Part shown: one piece after another, positions 20,590 through 30,002 of the stretch
How positions within the stretch are numbered: the first letter of the stretch is position 1
Layout: each line of letters starts with the position of its first letter
Assembly: GCA_902615845.1 (NCBI GenBank)
Contig: CACMQS010000005.1
Location: forward strand, 19,711-83,710
Source: an uncultured Alphaproteobacteria bacterium
GTDB taxonomy: Bacteria > Pseudomonadota > Alphaproteobacteria > HIMB59 > GCA-002718135
Length of the DNA: 64,000 nucleotides
Direction: 5' to 3'
The notes under the pieces: generated by a model
Seen by the model: only the letters and a program-made list of their open reading frames with translations
Told to the model about the DNA's origin: nothing
The model's database searches: none
Made by a program: the position numbers and the translations under genes

Positions 20590-20978
20590 TGAAAAATAAA
20601 TTACTATTTATACTTTCAATTACATTTATCTTCTCATGTTCTTCCCAATTAGATGAAATAAATTATAAAGATCAAAATAAGAGATTTGATTACTCATCTA
20701 TAGATAGTTTCAAAAAAACATTGGTTGAACATTTTAAGGATGATTTAAATAGGTTTGATAAGTCAAAACTTGAGGAAATTGAAAATAAATTCATCACTAA
20801 CACAACTTATGATAGCATCATTAAAAATAATTCTCATGAAAAATTTATTTCCAATAATCCTAATAAAATTTACATATTTATAAACTTTATTTTATTAAAT
20901 GAAAATTCAGATCAAATAATATTTGAATCAATGCAATCTTATTTACGCTATTTAACTAAAGATAAAATTTTAAGATAA
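20589..20978 (+). CDS. Small hypothetical lipoprotein, translationally coupled to the S8 peptidase
   Basis: 129 aa with signal/lipobox ITFIFSC. Its GTG start overlaps the protease stop (TAGTG). I recognise no family. Confidence 0.55.
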   Translation: MKNKLLFILSITFIFSCSSQLDEINYKDQNKRFDYSSIDSFKKTLVEHFKDDLNRFDKSKLEEIENKFITNTTYDSIIKNNSHEKFISNNPNKIYIFINFILLNENSDQIIFESMQSYLRYLTKDKILR

Positions 20979-20989
20979 TTTTTAATATT

Positions 20990-21433
20990 CTAAGATGATA
21001 GTTTTTCTCTGATTCTAAAGTATAATTTTTCCTTTAGTTCAGAATGTAAAAAGGTAGCTAGTTCAGTTTCTTTATCTGATTCTCTTATTGAAAGTTTAGA
21101 CTTATTTTTAAATTTTGTAAAAAAAACTTTAGACCAATAAGTAGTGAACTTGGATGTATGTAAAAGTTTGTCACCTTTAAATTTTTTAATTGATATTTCT
21201 TTTTGATCAATATTAATTTCATCCTTAATATTTTTCTCTTTGAAATATAAACGGATTAAATAAAAAATAACTAAGTATTCAAGTCCAAGAAATATAGATA
21301 CAGGCCAAGCACCTTGTACAATTAGAAAAATAGAGAATAATGAAATCCAACTTATAAAAATAATTCCTAAAACCAAAAAGACTGATTTTGAGCAACTTTG
21401 ATAAGGCCTTATATTTTCATTCATAGAATTCAT
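20990..21433 (-). CDS. Two-TM membrane protein, DUF2244-like (tentative)
   Basis: Two TM helices around a GAWPV motif, which I recall as typical of DUF2244. The likely start is MNSMNEN (21433 or 21424), not the ORF-track Met at 21484. Confidence 0.5.
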   Translation of the reverse strand: MNSMNENIRPYQSCSKSVFLVLGIIFISWISLFSIFLIVQGAWPVSIFLGLEYLVIFYLIRLYFKEKNIKDEINIDQKEISIKKFKGDKLLHTSKFTTYWSKVFFTKFKNKSKLSIRESDKETELATFLHSELKEKLYFRIREKLSS

Positions 21434-21645
21434 TATCTCATAATAATACAAAACAACCTTTGTGATAAAGAGACATATGTGCACAGATATTAAATCGATA
21501 ATTTACAGTTTATTATCAATTTATAATTGCTTCCAAATCCTAATAAATGGCTAAATTCCTTTGATCTCTTGCTAATTTATTAAGGAACATATAGATGCAT
21601 CCCCGAAAAAATATTAAGTAATAATCCTTATTTAATGGTGGCTTG

Positions 21646-24600
21646 ATGAAAAAAATTAGTAAAATTTTAGCAGCAAACAGAAGTGAAATTGCTATTCGGA
21701 TTTTCAGAGCTGCCGAAGAGTCCGGTATAAAAACAGCTGCTATTTATTCTAAAGAAGATCGTTTTGCTATTCACCGATTTAAAACGGATGAAAGTTATTT
21801 AGTTGGTGAAGGCAAAGGTCCAATACAAGCATATTTGGACATAGACTCTATTATTAAAATTGCCAAAGATGCAAAGGTAGATGCAATTCATCCTGGTTAT
21901 GGTTTTTTATCAGAGAGCCCTGAACTAGCAGAGCAGTGTGAAAAAAATGACATAACATTTATTGGTCCTAGTAAAGAAATACTAAAAAGATTTGGAAATA
22001 AAACTGAAGCTAAAAAAGTTGCGGAAGAAGCAAAGGTAGGTACCGTTCCGTCCGTTCTTGTAACAAAAGAAAATTTAAAAAGTGTTGAAAAAGAAGTTGA
22101 GAAAATTGGGTATCCAGTAATTGTTAAAGCTAGTTGGGGTGGCGGTGGTCGAGGAATGCGTGTTGTTAGATCAAGTAACGAATTAATAGATCAAATTACA
22201 ACTGCTCAAAGTGAGTCACTTAAAGCTTTTGGAAAAGATGAAGTATTTATAGAAAAATTTTTAGAAGATGCTGCGCATATTGAAGTTCAGATTTTAGGTG
22301 ACAGACACGGAAATATTATACATCTTTTTGAAAGAGATTGTTCTCTTCAAAGAAGGCATCAAAAGATTATTGAAAGAGCACCTGCACATTTTCTTGAAAA
22401 TAAAACTCGAGAAGAAATTTGTAACGCTGCTATTAAAATTGCAAAACAAGTTAAATACTTTGGTGCAGGAACTGTTGAATTTTTATTTGATAAAAAGTCT
22501 GGTGAATTTTATTTCATTGAAGTTAACCCGAGAATTCAAGTTGAACACACAGTAACCGAAGAAGTAACTGGTATTGATATTGTAAAAGCCCAAATTAAAA
22601 TTGCAGAAGGTGAAAAAATTGGTGATCACCCAGCACTTCCTAAACAAGAAGACATTCATCTAAATGGATTTGCTATTCAATGTAGGGTTACTACTGAAGA
22701 TCCACTTAATAATTTTATGCCAGATTATGGGAAGATAATGACTTACCGATCAGCCGCTGGTTTTGGAGTCAGATTAGATGCAGCAAATGCCTCTTCAGGT
22801 TCGATTATCACACCGTATTATGATTCTTTACTTGTAAAAGTAACAACTTGGGCAAAGCATCAAGACGACTGTATTAAAAGAATGGATAGAGCTTTGCGAG
22901 AATTTAGAATTAGAGGCGTTAAAACAAATTTAGTATTTCTTGAATCTCTTATAAACAACAAAGATTTCCTTGAAGGAAACTACAACACAAATTTTGTTGA
23001 TACTAAAAAAGAGCTCTATGCTTATAATCCTCAAAAAGATCGAGCTTCAAAAATAGTATCCTATCTTGGAAATATAATTGTAAATGGACACAATGATATA
23101 TCTGGAAGAGTCAGTAGCAATTCGACTGTAGAAGTTCAAATTCCTATTTCAAATATTAAAAGCGAAAAAAATAATTATGTAAAGGATTTAATAACTTTAG
23201 GTCCAGAAAAATTTGCAAAAAAAATAAAAGAAACACCTTATACCCTAATTACTGACACAACGATGCGTGATGCACACCAATCGCTTCTTGCTACAAGAAT
23301 GAGAACAGACGATCTTATTAATATTGCTGAATATTATAGTGAAAATCTAAGCAACTTGTTCTCATTAGAATGTTGGGGTGGTGCAACCTTTGATACATCG
23401 ATGCGTTTTTTAAAAGAGGATCCTTGGGATAGATTAGCAAGATTAAACAAAAGGGCTCCTAACCTTCTTAAACAAATGCTCTTTAGGGGATCTAATGCTG
23501 TTGGATACAAAAATTATCCCGATAACGTTGTTAAACATTTCATTCAACAATCAGCAGAAGCTGGAATTGATGTATTCCGAGTTTTTGATTCATTAAACCT
23601 AATTGATAATATGCGTGTTGCAATTGATGAAGTACGCAATCAAAATAAAATTTGTGAAGGAACAATCTGTTATACAAATGATGTAACTGATCCAAATGAG
23701 AAAAAATATACATTAAAATATTATATTGATCTTGTTAAAGATTTAGAAAAAGCAGGAGCACATATTATCGCTATTAAAGATATGGCGGGATTAGCAAAAC
23801 CTAATGCTATAAAAAAATTAGTTAATGAAATTAAACAAACAACTGATCTTCCAATTCATTTTCATACTCACGATACATCTGGTACTTCATCAGCATCAGT
23901 TCTTGCGGCAATAGAAGAAAAGGTAGATATCGTTGATCTTGCAATTGACTCGATGAGTGGATTAACATCACAGCCTGCGCTTGGCTCAATTGTATCTATT
24001 ATGAAACAAAATCATCAAGACCCAAAACTTGATGAAGAGGCTATAAGAACACTATCTTTATATTGGGAACAAGTACGTCAAAATTATCATGCATTTGAAA
24101 CTGATTTTAAAGGTGGAAGTTCTGATGTTTATCTTCACCAAATGCCAGGTGGGCAGTTCACTAATTTAAAAGAACAAGCTAGATCTTTAGGAATTACAAC
24201 TGATAAGTGGGGAATGGTTGCTAATAAATATGCAGAGGTAAACCAACTTTTTGGTGATATTGTGAAGGTAACCCCTTCTTCAAAAATTGTAGGCGATATG
24301 GCGCTTTATATGATTGCTAATGATTTATCCAAAGAAGATGTACTAGATCCAAAAAAAGAAATTTCTTTTCCTGCTTCTGTTATTGAGTTCTTTAAAGGGG
24401 AAATTGGTATACCACATGGAGGCTTCCCAAAAGAATTACAAAAGAAAGTTCTTGGAAACACAAAACCCCTCACAAAAAGGCCAGGGGAAGTTTTAGAATC
24501 AGTAGATTTAGATAAAGAATTCAAAAACCTAGAAGTTGAAATAGGGATGAAAGTTAATCAAACACATCTAGCATCATACTTAATGTATCCAAAAGTTTTT

Positions 24601-25086
24601 AAAGATTATGTTGATCACTTTAAGGAGTTTAGTGATACATCAATTCTTTCAACAGAATTATTTTTTTATGGTCCTCAACAAGATAAAGAATACACGATAG
24701 AAATTGATAAAGGAAAAAACCTAATCTTAAGATATTTAGCAAAAAGCGAAGTTAATAGTAATGGAAAGTGCTCCGTGTTTTTTGAAATTAACGGACAACC
24801 AAGAACAATAGATATAGAAAATAAAGAATTTTCAAAAAATATAACACAGAGAGCTAAAGCAGATGATAATAATTTGGATCATGTCGGATCTCCTTTGCCA
24901 GGCCAAGTTGCTAAAATATTCGTTCAATCAGGTAGAAAGGTGATTAAAGGTGATAAGTTACTAGTTATCGAGGCTATGAAAATGGAAACTACAATAAACG
25001 CTGATAAAAGTGGAACAATTAAATCAATTAATGTTGCATCTGGTGATAATGTGGAAACCAAAGATTTGCTTGTTGAAATTAGCTAG
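21646..25086 (+). CDS. pyc: Pyruvate carboxylase (single-chain)
   Basis: Biotin carboxylase ATP-grasp (GGGGRGMRVV), carboxyltransferase HFHTHDTSG and a C-terminal biotinyl motif EAMKME. ATG 21646 is preferred over TTG 21643. Confidence 0.95.
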   Translation: MKKISKILAANRSEIAIRIFRAAEESGIKTAAIYSKEDRFAIHRFKTDESYLVGEGKGPIQAYLDIDSIIKIAKDAKVDAIHPGYGFLSESPELAEQCEKNDITFIGPSKEILKRFGNKTEAKKVAEEAKVGTVPSVLVTKENLKSVEKEVEKIGYPVIVKASWGGGGRGMRVVRSSNELIDQITTAQSESLKAFGKDEVFIEKFLEDAAHIEVQILGDRHGNIIHLFERDCSLQRRHQKIIERAPAHFLENKTREEICNAAIKIAKQVKYFGAGTVEFLFDKKSGEFYFIEVNPRIQVEHTVTEEVTGIDIVKAQIKIAEGEKIGDHPALPKQEDIHLNGFAIQCRVTTEDPLNNFMPDYGKIMTYRSAAGFGVRLDAANASSGSIITPYYDSLLVKVTTWAKHQDDCIKRMDRALREFRIRGVKTNLVFLESLINNKDFLEGNYNTNFVDTKKELYAYNPQKDRASKIVSYLGNIIVNGHNDISGRVSSNSTVEVQIPISNIKSEKNNYVKDLITLGPEKFAKKIKETPYTLITDTTMRDAHQSLLATRMRTDDLINIAEYYSENLSNLFSLECWGGATFDTSMRFLKEDPWDRLARLNKRAPNLLKQMLFRGSNAVGYKNYPDNVVKHFIQQSAEAGIDVFRVFDSLNLIDNMRVAIDEVRNQNKICEGTICYTNDVTDPNEKKYTLKYYIDLVKDLEKAGAHIIAIKDMAGLAKPNAIKKLVNEIKQTTDLPIHFHTHDTSGTSSASVLAAIEEKVDIVDLAIDSMSGLTSQPALGSIVSIMKQNHQDPKLDEEAIRTLSLYWEQVRQNYHAFETDFKGGSSDVYLHQMPGGQFTNLKEQARSLGITTDKWGMVANKYAEVNQLFGDIVKVTPSSKIVGDMALYMIANDLSKEDVLDPKKEISFPASVIEFFKGEIGIPHGGFPKELQKKVLGNTKPLTKRPGEVLESVDLDKEFKNLEVEIGMKVNQTHLASYLMYPKVFKDYVDHFKEFSDTSILSTELFFYGPQQDKEYTIEIDKGKNLILRYLAKSEVNSNGKCSVFFEINGQPRTIDIENKEFSKNITQRAKADDNNLDHVGSPLPGQVAKIFVQSGRKVIKGDKLLVIEAMKMETTINADKSGTIKSINVASGDNVETKDLLVEIS

Positions 25087-25564
25087 TAAAGTCGTATTCT
25101 TTATAACATTCTTCTATCGAGTTCTTTGTATTTATTAGCTCTCCTAAAGAGTCTCGAAATTCAAAATATTCTACTCTCTTAATATTTGAGTTTATATTAA
25201 AAAAGATAAACAACCTACATGAACTACTATCATATCGCATCATATGCACCGAGCCATCAGATCGTGCTAAATTAGGCTGTCCCAGTTTTTGTTTAATCTC
25301 AGCAAGTTGTTTTCCCATGAAATTTATTTCTGCGATTTTTTGCTGCTCCTTAACTATAGTTTTTTCCTCTTCTTTTTCTTCAGTTATAATTTGTTGTTCT
25401 TCAACAATAGTTTTGTCTTCAATAATTTCTGGTTCTTTTTTTATAATAGTTTCTTCAACTTTATCTTTTACTACCGCCCCAACTTTAACGACTTCTCTTC
25501 CAACTTCAATAGTCGTACAGCTAGATAAAAACACTAATGTTAAAAAATAAATTGATAACCGCAT
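25079..25564 (-). CDS. Hypothetical lipoprotein with an E/K-rich repeat linker and a small C-terminal globular domain (BamE/SmpA-OmlA-like, tentative)
   Basis: Signal/lipobox VFLSSC. Imperfect repeat KTIVEEQQIITEE / KTIVKEQQKIAE. Its 3-prime end overlaps pyc by 8 nt. Confidence 0.55.
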   Translation of the reverse strand: MRLSIYFLTLVFLSSCTTIEVGREVVKVGAVVKDKVEETIIKKEPEIIEDKTIVEEQQIITEEKEEEKTIVKEQQKIAEINFMGKQLAEIKQKLGQPNLARSDGSVHMMRYDSSSCRLFIFFNINSNIKRVEYFEFRDSLGELINTKNSIEECYKEYDFTS

Positions 25565-25599
25565 TGCTCTTAGTGGGATTTCTATATATGTAATCGCAT

Positions 25600-26220
25600 A
25601 TGATTACAGTAATTAAATCACCATTTGTTCAATACAAATTAACAATTTTACGAAATAAAAAAACATCAAATACTGTTTTTAGACAAACTATGAATGAAAT
25701 AAGTTACCTCATTGCTTCTGATGTTCTTCAATACGTTCCATTTAAAAAACAAACAATTGAAACACCTCTAAAAAAAATGAGTGGTACAGCTCTGGGTCAA
25801 CCCATAATTTTGGTTCCAATTTTACGTGCTGGCTTAGGGTTACTTGAGGGGTTTGCAAAATTTTTACCGGAAGCTGAAAAAGGTCACATAGGTTTATACC
25901 GCGACGAACAAACTTATGAACCTGTAGAATACCTCTTTAAACTTCCAAGAGTTAAAAATAAAAAAGTGTTAATTCTAGATCCAATGTTGGCCACAGGTAA
26001 TTCTTCAATTGCTGCAATCAATTTAATAAAAAACAAAGGCGTTAATATTAAAGATATATTTTTGGTGTCTTTACTAGCTGCTCCTGAGGGTATTAAAAAT
26101 ATTCAAAAAAAGCAAAAAGGCATTCATGTATTTACTTGCAACATTGATGCTAAACTGAATAAAAATAAGTTTATTATACCAGGCTTAGGTGACGCAGGCG
26201 ATAGGTATATGGGTACTTGA
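25600..26220 (+). CDS. upp: Uracil phosphoribosyltransferase
   Basis: PRPP loop LILDPMLATGNS and C-terminal IIPGLGDAGDR. Confidence 0.95.
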   Translation: MITVIKSPFVQYKLTILRNKKTSNTVFRQTMNEISYLIASDVLQYVPFKKQTIETPLKKMSGTALGQPIILVPILRAGLGLLEGFAKFLPEAEKGHIGLYRDEQTYEPVEYLFKLPRVKNKKVLILDPMLATGNSSIAAINLIKNKGVNIKDIFLVSLLAAPEGIKNIQKKQKGIHVFTCNIDAKLNKNKFIIPGLGDAGDRYMGT

Positions 26221-26249
26221 AGTTATCCATAAAAAATCCTATTATTTAA

Positions 26250-26280
26250 GCATAATCTCATTTTTTTATGCATTTTTTTT
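26250..26280 (+). terminator. Candidate intrinsic terminator after upp
   Basis: GCATAA-N10-TTATGC stem followed by A-T8. The stem is short and AT-rich. Confidence 0.35.
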
Positions 26281-26337
26281 ATAATAAAATGTTATCAATG
26301 AGATATCTATAATTCATATTTAAGGGGGAAATTTAGT

Positions 26338-27315
26338 ATGAAGAAAATTTTAAGTATTTTTTCAGTTTCTTTCGCACTTATCTTCTCATCAAGTGCGTTC
26401 GCAAACACAATAGGGGTTGTTTACGACTCTGGTGGTAAATTTGACAAATCATTTAACGAGTTAGCATTCAACACAGCTGAAAGAGTTGTAGACGAACTTG
26501 GCTGGGGTATGATTGAGTTTGAATCTGCAAACGACAATCAAATCGAACAAGGTATGCGTAAAATTGCTGATAGAGGAGCAACAATGATAGTTGGGATGGG
26601 ATTTGCACAAGCTGATGCAATAGGCGCAGTAGCAGCAGATTATCCAGACATAAAATTCGTTGCAGTTGATGTATGTTGGTTAGATGATCCAAACAATAAT
26701 ATCTATCAAGCTTGTTATAAAGAGCACGAAGGATCCTTCCTAGTAGGAATGATGGCTGCTATGGCATCAAAAAGTGGAACTATTGGTTTCGTTGGCGGAA
26801 TGGACATTCCTTTAATTAGAAAATTTCAGGGTGGTTATGAACAAGGTGCTCAATATGTAAATCCAGATATTACTGTTTTAGCAAACATGACTGGAACTAC
26901 AAACGAGGCATGGAACAACCCAACTAAAGGTGCTGAACTAACAAAGGCCCAAATAGATGGTGGCGCTGATGTTGTTTATCAAGCTGCAGGTGGAACGGGA
27001 ATTGGTGTTTTACAGGCTGCCGCTGATGCTGGCATTATGGGTATTGGGGTTGACTCAAACCAAAACTGGATGCATCCAGGTACCATGCTTACTTCAATGT
27101 TGAAGAGATTAGATTTAACTATCTTCGAACAAGCACAAAATGTAGCAAAAGGTTCTTTTGAATCAGGAATTAATATCCTCGGACTTTCAGAAGGAATGCT
27201 TGGTTATGCAACTGAAGACGGAATGGTAACTTCTGAAATGGCTGCTGCTGCTGATGCTGCTGCTGCAGATATTGCAAGTGGTGCATTAGTTGTTGCTGAT
27301 TGGTCACAAGAATAA
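26338..27315 (+). CDS. BMP-family (Med/PnrA-like) ABC substrate-binding protein, probable nucleoside binding
   Basis: Signal peptide, BMP-family body (GFVGGMDIPLIRKF, GIGVDSNQ) and a strong SD AAGGGGG. It is followed by cognate ATPase and permease genes. Confidence 0.9.
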   Translation: MKKILSIFSVSFALIFSSSAFANTIGVVYDSGGKFDKSFNELAFNTAERVVDELGWGMIEFESANDNQIEQGMRKIADRGATMIVGMGFAQADAIGAVAADYPDIKFVAVDVCWLDDPNNNIYQACYKEHEGSFLVGMMAAMASKSGTIGFVGGMDIPLIRKFQGGYEQGAQYVNPDITVLANMTGTTNEAWNNPTKGAELTKAQIDGGADVVYQAAGGTGIGVLQAAADAGIMGIGVDSNQNWMHPGTMLTSMLKRLDLTIFEQAQNVAKGSFESGINILGLSEGMLGYATEDGMVTSEMAAAADAAAADIASGALVVADWSQE

Positions 27316-27332
27316 TTAAAATATAAACAATT

Positions 27333-27371
27333 GGCGAGGCCAAAGATTGATAAATAATTTATGGTCTCGCC
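27333..27371 (+). promoter_or_regulatory. GC-rich intercistronic stem-loop enclosing the start codon of the ABC ATPase gene
   Basis: GGCGAGGCC (27333-27341) pairs with GGTCTCGCC (27363-27371) over 9 bp, including one G-U. The 21-nt loop and 3-prime arm contain ATG 27361. Confidence 0.45.
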
Positions 27372-28881
27372 TATCTTAGAGCTTACAAATATAAATAAAT
27401 CTTTTGGCCACGTTCAGGCCAATAAAAATATTAATCTTAAAATTAATAAAGGAACAATTCACGGTATAATTGGGGAAAACGGTGCTGGTAAATCTACCCT
27501 AATGAGTATAGTTTTTGGCCTTTATCAGGCGAATTCAGGATCTATTAAAATTAATGGTAAAGAAATAAACCTAAGATCACCAAGAGACTCTATAGTAAAT
27601 GGTATTGGAATGGTTCATCAACATTTTATGTTGGTCGAAAATTTTACAGTATTAGAAAATATTATACTTGGTTTTGAAGGTGAAACAGTTTTTGGAGAAA
27701 AACTTGCCAATGCAAAAAAAGATTTAGAAAAACTTTGTAAAACTTATAATTTCAATATTGATCTTGATGCAACAATAGCAGATCTATCAGTTGGGTTCCG
27801 ACAAAGAGTAGAAATATTAAAATCTTTATATAGAGGGGCAGAAATTCTAATCTTAGATGAGCCTACTGGCGTGCTTACACCACAGGAAGTTGATGAATTA
27901 TTCAAAATTCTTAGATCATTAAAAGATGAAGGAAAAACAATTGTATTAATTACACATAAATTAATTGAAATCATGGATCTAACCAGTGAAGTTTCAGTTA
28001 TGCGTCAAGGTGAAATGGTTGGACATACAAAAACACAAAACACAAACAAAGAGCAGCTAGCTGAAATGATGGTTGGAAGAAGTGTCTTGCTGAGAGTCGA
28101 CAAAAAAGAAATAAAAAAAGGAGAAGTTATTTTTAAAGTTAACAATCTTTCAGTTAAAGATGATTTAGATGTTATACGTGTTAAAAATATTAATTTGGAA
28201 ATCCGTTCTGGTGAAATTTTAGGTATTGCAGGTGTAACTGGAAATGGACAAACTGAATTATTAGAAGCACTTTCAGGAATTAGAAAAGTGGAGTCAGGAA
28301 ATATTCAATTATTCGGTGAAAAAATATCTGACCAAGACAATTTTCTTAACCCAAGAATGCTAAAAGAGAAAGGCCTTGCGCATGTACCGGAGGACAGACA
28401 AAGAATGGGTTTAATAAGTGATTTTAAAGCTCACGAAAATTTAATTTTTGGATATCATGATCAAGAACCTTTTTCAAAATCTGCAGTTTTAAATAGTCAA
28501 GAAATTACAGAATATTCAAGTAAGATAATGCAAGAATATGATGTTAGACCAAACTCTCCAAACTTAATAACATCAAATTTTTCTGGAGGTAATCAACAAA
28601 AAATTATTTTGAGTAGAGAACTTAATGAAAATCCAAAAGTTCTTTTAGTAGGTCAACCAACAAGAGGTGTAGATATTGGTGCAATTGAATTTATTCATCA
28701 AAGACTTATTGATATGCGAGATAGAGGAGCGGCAATATTATTAGCGTCTGTTGAGTTAGATGAAATACTGTCCTTATCTGATAGGATTATTGTTATGTTT
28801 GATGGTAAAATTGTTGGAGAAAAAGAAAATAAAAATGTTACTGACCGTGAACTAGGATTACTTATGGCCGGTGTTGCGTAA
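27361..28881 (+). CDS. ABC transporter ATP-binding protein, duplicated ATPase (sugar/nucleoside CUT2 type)
   Basis: Walker A GENGAGKST, signatures LSVGFRQR and FSGGNQQK, Walker B ILILDEPT. 506 aa with two NBDs. Confidence 0.93.
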   Translation: MVSPILELTNINKSFGHVQANKNINLKINKGTIHGIIGENGAGKSTLMSIVFGLYQANSGSIKINGKEINLRSPRDSIVNGIGMVHQHFMLVENFTVLENIILGFEGETVFGEKLANAKKDLEKLCKTYNFNIDLDATIADLSVGFRQRVEILKSLYRGAEILILDEPTGVLTPQEVDELFKILRSLKDEGKTIVLITHKLIEIMDLTSEVSVMRQGEMVGHTKTQNTNKEQLAEMMVGRSVLLRVDKKEIKKGEVIFKVNNLSVKDDLDVIRVKNINLEIRSGEILGIAGVTGNGQTELLEALSGIRKVESGNIQLFGEKISDQDNFLNPRMLKEKGLAHVPEDRQRMGLISDFKAHENLIFGYHDQEPFSKSAVLNSQEITEYSSKIMQEYDVRPNSPNLITSNFSGGNQQKIILSRELNENPKVLLVGQPTRGVDIGAIEFIHQRLIDMRDRGAAILLASVELDEILSLSDRIIVMFDGKIVGEKENKNVTDRELGLLMAGVA

Positions 28882-30002
28882 TGAGTAACATAGTAGTTGA
28901 TAAATCCAAGGTACCATGGTGGGTGTCTAACGTTATCGTACCTTTAGTAAACTTAACATTAGCATTACTAGTATCAGGTCTGTTTATTTTTATAGCAGGT
29001 GAAAATCCAATTGAAGCAGTTAAGTTAATTATTTTTGGTTCGTTCGGTTATATCCAAGGTTTTGCATATACACTTTATTATACTACAAATTTTATTTTCA
29101 CTGGACTTGCATTTGCTGTAGCTTTTCATTGTAGACTTTTCAACATTGGGGGAGAAGGTCAGGCATATATAGGGGGCTTAGGTGTTTTTTTAGTAGCTAT
29201 AAATTTAAGTTTTCTTCCAATTCCAATTGTCTGGCTTTTATCAATTTGTGGAGCTTTCTTATTTGGAGCGGCTTGGGCTTATATACCAGCTTATCTTCAA
29301 TCAAAAAGAGGAAGCCATGTTGTAATCACAACAATCATGTTCAATTTTATAGCCTCTTCATTAATGATTTTTTTACTAGTAGATGTAATTAGAGATACCA
29401 ATCAGATGGCCCCACATACTGTTAAACTACCTGAAGCAATCTGGCTTCCCAGTTTTGAAGCATTTTCTGGTATCCTTGGCATAAAGATAAGGTATTCTCC
29501 TCTTAATCTTACTTTTTTATTAGCTATTGCTTCTTTATTCTTTGTTTGGTTTTTAGTATGGAAAACAAAATGGGGTTATGAGATGCGAGCTGTTGGTCAC
29601 AATACTCAGGCAGCGATCTATGCAGGTATATCCCCCCACAAAAATATAATTATAGCTATGTGCATTTCAGGAGGTCTGGCAGGGTTGCTTGGTGTTAATG
29701 AAATTCTTGGAGTAAGTCACAAAATACAAGCCGGCTTTCCAGCTGGATATGGTTTTACTGGAATCGCCGTAGCTTTGATGGGTAGAAATCATCCAATTGG
29801 AATTTTACCCGCTGCATTTTTATTTGGAATTTTGTACCAAGGTGGTTCAGAAGTAACATTTGAAATGCCTAATATCACTAGATACATGTTTGTTGCTGTT
29901 CAAGGTTTGATAATTTTATTTAGTGGAGCGTTAGAAAACTTATTCAGGCCACAAATTGAAAGTTTTTTTGTAAGAAGACTTAATAAAGAGGTAAATGCAT
30001 AA
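28881..30002 (+). CDS. ABC transporter permease (BMP/nucleoside system)
   Basis: 373-aa polytopic protein. TAATG coupling to the ATPase gene. Confidence 0.9.
   Translation: MSNIVVDKSKVPWWVSNVIVPLVNLTLALLVSGLFIFIAGENPIEAVKLIIFGSFGYIQGFAYTLYYTTNFIFTGLAFAVAFHCRLFNIGGEGQAYIGGLGVFLVAINLSFLPIPIVWLLSICGAFLFGAAWAYIPAYLQSKRGSHVVITTIMFNFIASSLMIFLLVDVIRDTNQMAPHTVKLPEAIWLPSFEAFSGILGIKIRYSPLNLTFLLAIASLFFVWFLVWKTKWGYEMRAVGHNTQAAIYAGISPHKNIIIAMCISGGLAGLLGVNEILGVSHKIQAGFPAGYGFTGIAVALMGRNHPIGILPAAFLFGILYQGGSEVTFEMPNITRYMFVAVQGLIILFSGALENLFRPQIESFFVRRLNKEVNA

Noticed and set aside
21497-21517. GATAAT-N9-ATTATC palindrome between the DUF2244 gene and pyc, resembling a Fur box
   Set aside because: The spacing (9) differs from the Fur consensus (7), the flanking genes are not iron-related, and 6-bp AT palindromes are expected by chance at this composition.
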